Virus record (IMG/VR): IMGVR_UViG_3300049896_000006
Span: 1 to 48,287 of that record
DNA length: 48,287 bases
Strand: one strand, 5' to 3'
Source of the DNA: a virus
Taxonomy: Duplodnaviria; Caudoviricetes
Below, one piece after another: positions 1-7,869 of this stretch. Each line of letters begins with the position of its first letter. Position 1 is the first letter of the stretch. The notes below the pieces were generated by a model. It was given only the letters and a program-made list of their open reading frames with translations, ran no database searches and was not told the DNA's origin. Position numbers and translations under genes: made by a program.

Positions 1-125
1 TCACCCCCCCCCCTAATTCGCGCGCCCCCCCGTCTTGGGGCTCCCCCCCCTTCGCTGCTTTCGGTTGCTTATCGGCGCCGGCCGCCTGGGGGAGGGGACT
101 GGATTCGCGGCGGTCTGTCGCCCGT

Positions 126-356
126 TCAGAAGACCTTGCTCAGGAGTCCGCCGAGGAGGATGACGGCGACGATGATGACGACCTTCCATTCATCCCCCTG
201 CGGCATCTGCATCGCCTCGCTGACGATGTACTCCTCTTTGGGATACATGTCGTCATGGCGTTTCCGCCGGTGCTCTGCCCCGAATTCTTTGGCCTTCGAC
301 TTGCGTAGATACGGGGCTGAGGTCAGTTCGCACTTGGCGCATTCGTAGCGGTGCAT
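126..356 (-). CDS. Small CxxC/His protein with C-terminal TM helix
   Basis: MHRYECAKC...EHRRKRH, hydrophobic C-terminus; start re-called at ATG 356. Confidence 0.6.
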   Translation of the reverse strand: MHRYECAKCELTSAPYLRKSKAKEFGAEHRRKRHDDMYPKEEYIVSEAMQMPQGDEWKVVIIVAVILLGGLLSKVF

Positions 357-483
357 GAGCGGGTCCCCCTGGACGGATACTGCGGGTGAACGGTCGGTCT
401 CGTACGGTGCGCATCCACGGTAGCGGCACCGGGGCGTCCGGGGGGAGTCGACGGTCGGAGCGGGCGTCCGGGGCGGGCACGTG

Positions 484-518
484 AGAGGCCCGCCGCTCGG
501 TCGGAGCGACGGGCCTCT
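484..518. terminator. Stem-loop, possible terminator
   Basis: AGAGGCCCG...CGGGCCTCT inverted repeat downstream of 631..1713. Confidence 0.4.
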
Positions 519-630
519 TGGTACCGGTATGCGAGGTATGTCGGTTCGGTACCTCGATACCGGTATGGCTACGGGGCCCCTCTCGGGCGGGGGGAGTGGG
601 GGTCCTCTGACGCTCCCCCAGGCCGGCTGA

Positions 631-1713
631 TCACCCCACCTCGGTACGCCCCTCACCGGGGGCCGCCGTGGGGGCCGCTGCGGGGTGGTGGCTGCGGGCC
701 TGATCGAGGGGGTCAGCGGGGGTGGGAACGATGGCCAGATAGGGGGGTGCGCCGGGGGTGTTGTCGGGCACCAATCGAGGGGGCATTACGGGGGTTTTTC
801 CGAGGTCTTCCGCGAGGTCCTCGACGTGCACTCCGGGGGGCGTGACCGGCTTCCCTTCCAGGCGGAATTTCATCTGCGGCCGGACCGTGATTCCGGCCTT
901 CCCCAGGAACTCGGTCATGCGCTTTCGATCCCAGCCTTCGAGGGGCTGCTTCTCGCGCATTTTTTCGAGGAGATGGTCGACTGTCGCGCCGCGTCCTTTC
1001 GCGTCGAGATGACCGGCCGCTCCGGCTGTTACTTCATGCTCGACGAACTGCCGGATAGCGGCGCGCTGCGCGGGCCACGGATCGCTTTCGGTGTCGGTTT
1101 TCTGGTCCTCCTCCCCCGCCCCTTTTTCTTGATCGTTCTCGGTCGTGTCGTCGTCCTCGGTGAGCGGCGCCCAGTACGCCGCCGTGAGGCACCAGGCGAC
1201 GATCAGGCCGGGGACGACCCCGACGGCGTAGGGGGCGACGAGGCGGGCGATGACCGGCCCGACGCTGCCGAGGGCGGCGAGGGCCATGGCGAGGATGACG
1301 GCGCCGAGGGCGAACTGTTCGGCGGCGCTGGCCGGGCCCCCTGTCCGGCCGGTCGCCTTCGGTGCAGGCTTCTGTTCCTTCTCCTCGTCGTCCTGGTCGT
1401 CGCTGTCGACGGGCCCCTTCGTCATGTCGATCTTGGGCGGCTTCATGACGGCGGGGGCGGGGGCTGCGCCGGCGGCCTTGCGCAGGGCCTGCCAGAGGCC
1501 GCGCAGGATCATCATCGTCAGGACCGGGCTGCCCGCGCGGACGCGGGCTCCCAGCTCGCGCAGCGGCAGGAGCAGCTCCTCGCGCGCGGTCAGCCGTGCA
1601 GGTTCCTTCTCGACCGGTACGGGCTCGGCGTCCGCGGGGCCCGGCAGGGGCGCGGTCGTGGCCGTGGGCTCGTCGGGTTCGGACGGGTCCGGCGTGGTGA
1701 GGTCGACGTGCAT
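631..1713 (-). CDS. Membrane protein with possible C-terminal winged-helix domain
   Basis: Two hydrophobic segments, acidic linkers, helical/basic C-terminal domain. Confidence 0.65.
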   Translation of the reverse strand: MHVDLTTPDPSEPDEPTATTAPLPGPADAEPVPVEKEPARLTAREELLLPLRELGARVRAGSPVLTMMILRGLWQALRKAAGAAPAPAVMKPPKIDMTKGPVDSDDQDDEEKEQKPAPKATGRTGGPASAAEQFALGAVILAMALAALGSVGPVIARLVAPYAVGVVPGLIVAWCLTAAYWAPLTEDDDTTENDQEKGAGEEDQKTDTESDPWPAQRAAIRQFVEHEVTAGAAGHLDAKGRGATVDHLLEKMREKQPLEGWDRKRMTEFLGKAGITVRPQMKFRLEGKPVTPPGVHVEDLAEDLGKTPVMPPRLVPDNTPGAPPYLAIVPTPADPLDQARSHHPAAAPTAAPGEGRTEVG

Positions 1714-1714
1714 C

Positions 1715-2185
1715 TCAGCCTCCCGACATCTTCGCGGCGATCATCCGGATGATGCTGACGGGGATGCCGGGCACGCCACCGGCCTGCCCGGCGAGGACGG
1801 CCCCCGAGATGCTGAACAGGGCGGGCCAGATGACCCGGCTCCCCCAGGGCCATGCCCAGGCGATGAGGAGCAGGGCGACCGCGGAGCCGCCGAGGCCGGG
1901 GTCGCCCAGGCCGAGGCCTTCGGTCAGTCCTTTGCCGATCTCCCCGGCGGAGTCGCCGAAGTCGGCCCAGGTCCCGCCTGCGCCGATCCACAGGGTGGCG
2001 GTGACGAAGCCCCATTTGAGGGCCTGGTCCTTGTTGCCGATCTTGATGCGGTCGCTGCCCCGCAGGCCCGCGATCAGGCCGATCGTGGACAGGAAGGCGA
2101 GGCCGGTGAAGGTGATGGGGCCGAGGAACTGCATGCCGTTGATGCCCGGGACATCGGCGGCGGCGAGGAACGTCGAGGGGATCAC
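1715..2185 (-). CDS. Gly-rich multi-pass membrane protein
   Basis: Start re-called at GTG 2185; several hydrophobic segments. Confidence 0.7.
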   Translation of the reverse strand: MIPSTFLAAADVPGINGMQFLGPITFTGLAFLSTIGLIAGLRGSDRIKIGNKDQALKWGFVTATLWIGAGGTWADFGDSAGEIGKGLTEGLGLGDPGLGGSAVALLLIAWAWPWGSRVIWPALFSISGAVLAGQAGGVPGIPVSIIRMIAAKMSGG

Positions 2186-2196
2186 GGGTGCGCCTT

Positions 2197-3105
2197 TCAG
2201 ACGACGGGAGTGCTGCCGTACGGGAGGCAGGCGAGGAGGGCGGAGGCGAGCGGGACACGGGCCATCCAGCGGGCGGTCCAGTGCCAGTGGCGGACGCGTC
2301 GGTCGATGAGCCACCACAGGCCGGCGCAGATGCCGCCCGCGGTGATGAGCAGGCTGATCTGGTCGGGGCCGAGGCCCCATTGCTGGCCGTAGTCGTTGAG
2401 GTAGCCGACGGGCAGGGGGGCGAAGCGGCGGCCCAGCTCGGCCGCGCAGACGGTGAGGATGACGCGGCTGATCGGCGGGGCCGGGAGGATCGTCTGCACG
2501 GCTCCGGTGCCGGCGACCTTCCAGGCGGCCCAGCCCGCGCCGACCGCGAGGACGAGGCCGAAGGTGCCGACGGCGGCGTGCTCGGCGACGGGCAGGTACG
2601 CGGCGACGACGTCGGTCAGGCCGAAGGCGTAGCCGATGGCGGCGGCGCTGCCGTTGAACGCCACCATCTGGATGCGCCGGTCCTTCATCGCGGAGTCCGC
2701 AGCGGCCTCCACCCGCTTCCGCGTGGCCGACTTGGGCCGGGTGCTGCGCTTGGCGTCCTTGGTGGTCTTCTTGACGGGCTTGCCGGGGACCGGGCCGCTG
2801 GTCGGCGTGGGCTCCTTCGTCTCGTCTTCGGTGGTCTCGTCGGTCTCGTCCTGGTCGTCGTCGGCGGGTGCGGCCGTCGGGCTCGGGGCGGTCTCCCTCA
2901 GGATCGGCCGGCCGACGACCCACCAGTCCGTGATCCGCTTCGGCGGGTCCTGGGGCATAGGTGACGGAACCGTCGTGGCGGCCGGGATCGGCACGGCCGG
3001 GCTCTCGTCGTCTGCGGGCCGTGGGTCGGGATGGCCGACCGGGCGCACGCCCAGGCCGCCCAGCATCTTCTGAGTGAGGCGCTCGCGCGCGTCGGGCGGC
3101 GTCAC
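2197..3105 (-). CDS. Multi-pass membrane protein with disordered N-terminus
   Basis: GTGA overlap with upstream stop; hydrophobic C-terminal half. Confidence 0.7.
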   Translation of the reverse strand: MTPPDARERLTQKMLGGLGVRPVGHPDPRPADDESPAVPIPAATTVPSPMPQDPPKRITDWWVVGRPILRETAPSPTAAPADDDQDETDETTEDETKEPTPTSGPVPGKPVKKTTKDAKRSTRPKSATRKRVEAAADSAMKDRRIQMVAFNGSAAAIGYAFGLTDVVAAYLPVAEHAAVGTFGLVLAVGAGWAAWKVAGTGAVQTILPAPPISRVILTVCAAELGRRFAPLPVGYLNDYGQQWGLGPDQISLLITAGGICAGLWWLIDRRVRHWHWTARWMARVPLASALLACLPYGSTPVV

Positions 3106-3296
3106 TTGCCCCACCCCGCCATCAGGAAGTTGCCGACGGTCGGCACGAGCTGGATGAGGGCGAGCTGAACGCAGCCGGCCACTAGGCCGAACACGAGCAG
3201 GCGCCGGGCGATTCGCCAGCCGCAGCCCCACGCGGTCAGGGGGATGAGGATGGCGAGGACGGCGAGGAGCACGAGGGCGAAGTCGACGACGGTCAT
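3102..3296 (-). CDS. Small two-TM protein
   Basis: MTVVDFALVLLAVLAILIP...; tight operon spacing. Confidence 0.65.
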   Translation of the reverse strand: MTVVDFALVLLAVLAILIPLTAWGCGWRIARRLLVFGLVAGCVQLALIQLVPTVGNFLMAGWGK

Positions 3297-3301
3297 GACG
3301 G

Positions 3302-4093
3302 TCAGCTCCCGGTGTAGGAGGGCATGAGGCGGGCGGCGAGGTCGACGAAGTGCGGGCCACGCTGACGCGGAAGGTGCTCGCGGTCGAGGGCTCGCAGGTA
3401 GTCGCAGGCTTCGGTGGCCGGGACGATGCGCACGCCGGCGACGCGGAGGCGCTCGCCGGGGGCAAGGACGTCGCCGACCATGAGGAGGACGGTCACGGCC
3501 TGGACGGACAGCAGCCTGTTGATCGTCTTCGTCTCGTACCGGACTCCGTCGAGCCAGTCCGTGATGTCGCGCTGGCCGCGCATGAGGCGGCGGCCGTCGG
3601 CGATCCACAGGCGGTAGCGGGCCTGAGCCGACCACCACTTCGGGTCCAGGTTGTAGACGACGCCGCGGGGCGAGATCGCCAGGATGTCGACGTTGGCGGT
3701 GCCGCGCGGGAACCGGCGGTCGTACAGGAAGATCCAGCCCTCAGCGTTGAGTGGGGCGAGGAAGGCGGCCGCTGCCTGCTCCCCCTTGCCGCCGGCCTCG
3801 CACCGGGACGCGAGCTGTTCGGCGCGGGTGCTGATCCCAACGGCGGTGAGTAGGCGGACCCAAGGGGTGCGCAGGGCGCGGGCGCGGGCGAGGGAGGAGG
3901 CGCCGGCCTGACCGGCTGCGCCGGTGCTCGAGGTCGTCCGCTGTCGCGGGACCTTCGGCAGTAGGCGGAGCAGCGGGGTGAAGCGGGCGCGCTGGGTGTA
4001 GGCGGCGGCCGCGACGGCGGCGTAGGCCAGGAGGCCGGGCAGGCCGCCCACCTGAAGTGCGACACCCGCGACGAAGAGGGCGAGGTAGGGCAT
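3302..4093 (-). CDS. NERD (nuclease-related domain) protein with N-terminal membrane anchor
   Basis: GGKGE...ANVDILAISPRGV..LDPKWW resembles the NERD PD-(D/E)xK pattern; hydrophobic N-terminus. Confidence 0.8.
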   Translation of the reverse strand: MPYLALFVAGVALQVGGLPGLLAYAAVAAAAYTQRARFTPLLRLLPKVPRQRTTSSTGAAGQAGASSLARARALRTPWVRLLTAVGISTRAEQLASRCEAGGKGEQAAAAFLAPLNAEGWIFLYDRRFPRGTANVDILAISPRGVVYNLDPKWWSAQARYRLWIADGRRLMRGQRDITDWLDGVRYETKTINRLLSVQAVTVLLMVGDVLAPGERLRVAGVRIVPATEACDYLRALDREHLPRQRGPHFVDLAARLMPSYTGS

Positions 4094-4156
4094 GGGGGCT
4101 CCTTTCGAGGGGGCGGCGATGATCCGGGATTCCGGCGGGGTGGGGGTCCTGTGTCG

Positions 4157-4258
4157 TCACCTGCCGGTGAGGAGTTGACCGACGGTGGTGATCAGTAGGG
4201 CGAGGGCGCAGAGGGCGACGGCGCAGACGGCGAGGGAGCGGAGACGCCGGCCGGTCAC
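4157..4258 (-). CDS. 33-aa single-TM peptide (not in ORF track)
   Basis: MTGRRLRSLAVCAVALCALALLITTVGQLLTGR read by hand. Confidence 0.45.
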   Translation of the reverse strand: MTGRRLRSLAVCAVALCALALLITTVGQLLTGR

Positions 4259-4295
4259 CGGGCGTCCCTGGGGTCGGTCAGTTGGGCGAGGTCGA

Positions 4296-5501
4296 TCACG
4301 ATGACTTCCTTCGGGGACGGGCGCGGTGCTTGGGGTTCTCCTCGCGCTGCCTCGCGCGGCGGACGTTGTCGGCGAGGTTCGTGCTGTCGCCGTGGGCCTG
4401 GCGCACGAGGTCGGTGAGGGCCGCGTCGCTGATGTCCGGGTCCGCGTTGAGGGCGTTGCGGATGGTGGCTGCGCGGCTGTCGCCGAACAGCTCGGTGACG
4501 TTCGCGGGCAGCTTGGGTGACGGCCGCTTCCCGGACGTGTCCGTGTCCTGTCCGGACGGGTCGGGGACTGCGGCCGGGTTGGGTGCTGTGGCCTGGGCGG
4601 ACGGCTGTCCGGACAGGGGCGGCACGAGGGTCTGGGCGGGGGTCTGGGCGGGCGCCTGTCCGGCGCTGTGTCCGGTCTGTCCGGCCGGCTGGACGGGCGG
4701 CTGGGGGACGGGCAGGACCGGCGGCACCGGGTCGGGGATGACCGGGCCGGGTGCGGGTGCGGCCGCTTGCATGACCGGAGTCGGGGCGGGCAGTGCCGTC
4801 GTGGTCTCGGCGCTGGTCATGATCGCGCCCGCGGCCTGGTACTCGCGGCCCCCGACGGCGCGGTGCTGCTCCGCGATCCGGTTGAGGGCGGCGATGCGGC
4901 GGGCGAGCTTCGCCTGTCCGGCCGCTTCCTCCGCCTGGTCCTGGACCCAGTTCGCGATGCCCGCGCGCAGCGGGACGTCCTGTGCGTAGATCAGCAGGGC
5001 CCACAGTCCTTTGGCGAGGAGGTCCAGGCAGGCGCCTACTCCGCCGGCCAGGTCCTGGCCGTGGTCGTGGCCGTAGGTGAAGACGGCGGCCATGCTGATC
5101 GCGAGGGCGATCCAGCCGCCGACTCGCGCCGGTACCGCGCGCTTCGGGTCGGTCTGTGACAGGACCCATTCCAGGCCGAGGCAGGCCATCCATGTCGCGG
5201 TGAAGACGACCCCTACGCCGTAGCTGATGACCGGGTGGAGGATCTCGGACAGTTGCCCGCCAACGCTCGCGGTGGTCCCGATCACGGCGAGGCCGGTGAT
5301 CCCGATGGCGAGGCCGGTGACGCCCCGGATGATGACCCGGTCCCAGTCCCTGGGCGGCTGCGCCACGTACACCGTGTACGGCACATCCCGCGTCGAGGAT
5401 CGGCCGTCGATCACGGTCGTCTCCTGCCGGAACCTCGTCTCGGCCTTGTAGCGCACGCCCGGGATCCGCGGCTGCTGCTCGTCGCTGGTGGTGTCGTTCA
5501 C
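4296..5501 (-). CDS. Spd-like membrane protein: TM bundle, coiled coil, Pro-rich linker, C-terminal helical putative DNA-binding domain
   Basis: About 4-5 TM segments, helical AEEAAGQAKLARR stretch, PAP/QP linker, basic C-terminus; GAAAGG RBS before GTG 5501. Confidence 0.75.
   Translation of the reverse strand: MNDTTSDEQQPRIPGVRYKAETRFRQETTVIDGRSSTRDVPYTVYVAQPPRDWDRVIIRGVTGLAIGITGLAVIGTTASVGGQLSEILHPVISYGVGVVFTATWMACLGLEWVLSQTDPKRAVPARVGGWIALAISMAAVFTYGHDHGQDLAGGVGACLDLLAKGLWALLIYAQDVPLRAGIANWVQDQAEEAAGQAKLARRIAALNRIAEQHRAVGGREYQAAGAIMTSAETTTALPAPTPVMQAAAPAPGPVIPDPVPPVLPVPQPPVQPAGQTGHSAGQAPAQTPAQTLVPPLSGQPSAQATAPNPAAVPDPSGQDTDTSGKRPSPKLPANVTELFGDSRAATIRNALNADPDISDAALTDLVRQAHGDSTNLADNVRRARQREENPKHRARPRRKSS
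4530..4685. repeat. TGTCCGGACA-family cluster A
   Basis: CTGTCCGGACAG 4605-4616, TGTCCGGAC 4549, further TGTCCGG at 4657, 4669, 4678. Confidence 0.7.
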
Positions 5502-5590
5502 TGGTGTGCCTTTCGTGTCACAGAGCGATGGGCCGACCCGGGGTTCGTGAAGGAGGGGCACGAACCCGGGCCGGCCCGGTCTGGGATGGA

Positions 5591-5791
5591 TCAGTCGAAG
5601 GGGATCGAGCCCCGGTCTCCGTAGCGGCGGACGGTGTGCTTGTGGCGGTTGACGCGGTCTTTCCTGGCCGCCGCCTCCTTCTTGGCCTGCTTCGCGAGCT
5701 TCGCCCGGTCCTGCGTGGACGGGTTGGAGGGCCGGGGTTGCGAGGCACTCCCCCCACCGAGGGCGGCACGCAGTCCGTCACGGAACCCCAT
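5591..5791 (-). CDS. Small basic hypothetical protein
   Basis: 66-aa ORF, TGATG coupling. Confidence 0.6.
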   Translation of the reverse strand: MGFRDGLRAALGGGSASQPRPSNPSTQDRAKLAKQAKKEAAARKDRVNRHKHTVRRYGDRGSIPFD

Positions 5792-5928
5792 CAGCGACCA
5801 CCCGCCTGGGTACGGGAAGGCTTCGCGTTGACGCCGTCGATGCGTGCGTTGTCCGCGCCCATCCGGGAGTCCTCGCGTTGCTGGCGGCCGGCCTCGTACG
5901 CCTTCGCGGCGCGCTCCTGCTCGCTCAT
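5791..5928 (-). CDS. Small hypothetical protein
   Basis: ATGA overlap with upstream stop, GGAGG RBS. Confidence 0.55.
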   Translation of the reverse strand: MSEQERAAKAYEAGRQQREDSRMGADNARIDGVNAKPSRTQAGGR

Positions 5929-6236
5929 CGGCCTGCCTCCGCCGACAGCACGAGGACCAGCCGCTTGCCGTACTGGCCGCACGTCTCGCCCGCCTCGACG
6001 TCAGGAGCGAACTCCCGCAGTCCCGCGAGGACGGCCGCAGGCCAGCCCTTCGCCAGCTCCGCGGTCAGCCACTCGACGTGGTGCTGCTCGACCGGCGTGG
6101 TCGGCGACGTCTCGCGGAGGATGACCGACATCTCGTCGAGCTTCGCCTCGACGATCTCGCTCACCGTCAGCCCGGCCTCGGCGGCCTGAGCGAGGGTCAG
6201 CGTGGAGGCCATCCGGGCCGCCAGAGTGTTCGTCAT
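5925..6236 (-). CDS. Hypothetical protein
   Basis: MTNTLAARMAS...; overlapping start/stop. Confidence 0.6.
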   Translation of the reverse strand: MTNTLAARMASTLTLAQAAEAGLTVSEIVEAKLDEMSVILRETSPTTPVEQHHVEWLTAELAKGWPAAVLAGLREFAPDVEAGETCGQYGKRLVLVLSAEAGR

Positions 6237-6424
6237 CACGCGGCGACCGCCCTGGCCTGCTCCTGGCGCGGCTGCTGCGGGATGCGGGGCGTGTCGTCCG
6301 ACGGGCGCGGCCTCGGGATGATCGGGATCGCCCGCTCGTTCGCGTCGTCCTCCCACGCCGAACGGATGTCACCGGCGACGCCCTGGGGCGTACGGGAACG
6401 GAGATCAGTACTCTTCTGTGTCAT
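6236..6424 (-). CDS. Small hypothetical protein, first gene of left operon
   Basis: AGGAG RBS; downstream of the 6517 palindrome. Confidence 0.55.
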   Translation of the reverse strand: MTQKSTDLRSRTPQGVAGDIRSAWEDDANERAIPIIPRPRPSDDTPRIPQQPRQEQARAVAA

Positions 6425-6516
6425 GCGTCAGCTCCTGGTAGCTCAGGTTTCTGGCGCGGCCCCCGACCGTTGTTCTCAGGCTCCGGTCGGGGGCCGACTT
6501 GTAGGCGCGGAGTGGC

Positions 6517-6561
6517 GCCGATTGCCCAATCTACGGGACTCCCGTAAATTGGGCAATCGGC
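6517..6561. promoter_or_regulatory. 45-bp near-perfect palindrome containing divergent -10 boxes (operator/promoter)
   Basis: GCCGATTGCCCAATCTACGGGA-C-TCCCGTAAATTGGGCAATCGGC, one mismatch; TAAATT on + and TAGATT on -. Confidence 0.8.
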
Positions 6562-6581
6562 CACGGCAGAAAAGGGACCGG

Positions 6582-6920
6582 ATGGCCGACCAGCAGCCAG
6601 GCGGCGAGGAAGAGGTACAGCGCGTGTTCGACGCACTGGATGGCCTCAAGGCCATGAAGGATCCGAAGGCCCGCGCCAAGGCGATCAGCGCGTTTCTGCG
6701 GGAGCAGCAGCCTCGCCTCAGGGAGTTGAGCGAGCTGCGCCGTGCGTATGTCAAGGATGAGCGGAAGCGGAAAGTTCCACGCTGGAAGATCGCGGAGGAC
6801 ATCGGTGTGTCGGCCTCGACCGTCCAAGACATCGAGCAGGGCTATTCCGGCTCGGGCCGGGCCAGGCCGCCGAAGGGCGAGACTAAGCGTGCTGAAGCAG
6901 GAGAACCCGGAAGCGAGTAG
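6582..6920 (+). CDS. HTH transcriptional regulator divergent from membrane operon
   Basis: WKIAEDIGVSASTVQDIEQG helix-turn-helix; start ATG 6582. Confidence 0.8.
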   Translation: MADQQPGGEEEVQRVFDALDGLKAMKDPKARAKAISAFLREQQPRLRELSELRRAYVKDERKRKVPRWKIAEDIGVSASTVQDIEQGYSGSGRARPPKGETKRAEAGEPGSE

Positions 6921-6954
6921 GCCGACGGCCGACACCGCCTGATCCGGTGCAACT

Positions 6955-6987
6955 GAGGGCCCCGCCAGGGTGATCGGCGGGGCCCTC
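6955..6987 (+). terminator. Stem-loop terminator
   Basis: GAGGGCCCCGCC / GGCGGGGCCCTC 12-bp stem after HTH gene. Confidence 0.65.
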
Positions 6988-7190
6988 GGGTGTCCCCCAG
7001 GCCGCCGGGCGGGGGACGTGCAGGCCGCCGGTTGTGGTCCCGGGCTACGCGGTACCCCTGGGTACCAGGCGGGGCGCGGGCAGCGTCTGGCCGTGCGGGG
7101 TCAGCATGGCATAGGTGGACCGTGGTCCGTTTCGTTGCCGGATGGGATGGGGGTGCGCGTCTGGGGTTGGCCGGATATATATTCGAACTT

Positions 7191-7538
7191 GTGACCGATC
7201 CGTCTCGTCTGGAGCTGCTCCACTTCGCGCGCCGTGTCGTCGTCGAGCAGGCGACGGCGAGCCTGCGGCAGCTCGACGGATGGATCGCGGCGGAGGAGCG
7301 CCGGGAGGCTGAGCGTCGCCGTGGTGAGGAGATGCGGCCGCCGCCTCCCGGGTGGCTTCTCCAGTACGGGCTGAACCGCCAGAACGTTGACGCGGTGCAT
7401 GTGGGCGAGTGCTGGGCTGCAGCGAAGAGTGGGCGGTGCCGGGCGGTTTCGCGGGAACAGGCTCTGGATGCGTTGCGGCAGCAGGTTCCGGCGTGCGATC
7501 ACTGCCGGCCGGACACAGAGCTGGGTTTCCTGGAGTAG
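7191..7538 (+). CDS. DUF6233-like protein, probably leaderless
   Basis: VHVGECW...EQALDAL..VPACDHCRPDTELG; TATATT -10 7 nt before GTG. Confidence 0.75.
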   Translation: MTDPSRLELLHFARRVVVEQATASLRQLDGWIAAEERREAERRRGEEMRPPPPGWLLQYGLNRQNVDAVHVGECWAAAKSGRCRAVSREQALDALRQQVPACDHCRPDTELGFLE

Positions 7539-7551
7539 GGCTGATGCCGAG

Positions 7552-7573
7552 GAGGCCCCGCCGTTGGGGCCTC
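7552..7573. terminator. Hairpin between convergent genes
   Basis: GAGGCCCC / GGGGCCTC. Confidence 0.55.
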
Positions 7574-7581
7574 GTCTGTGT

Positions 7582-7869
7582 CTACCGGTGCCGGGGGCCG
7601 TCGGGATGGGGTTCCCAGACGTGGGAGGCGTGGTTGAGGCGTCGGATGCGGGACCAGGTCCAGACGGGTGCGCACTGGTAGGCCAGGGCTTCGGCGTGGC
7701 GGGCGTGGCGGGCGAAGCGCCGGCGTTTGAGGCGGCGGCGGATGGAGTGCGGGAGGTGGCGCATCAGTGGCCTGCCGGTCTCGTGGCGGGGGGGGGTGAG
7801 GCGGAGGACGGTGACGGGGACTTCGTGGACGCGGCGGGTGTCGTCTCCCCCGGCCCACCGGGCGCTCAC
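7582..7869 (-). CDS. Small basic hypothetical protein
   Basis: GTGA overlap with 7866 stop; start uncertain. Confidence 0.4.
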   Translation of the reverse strand: MSARWAGGDDTRRVHEVPVTVLRLTPPRHETGRPLMRHLPHSIRRRLKRRRFARHARHAEALAYQCAPVWTWSRIRRLNHASHVWEPHPDGPRHR

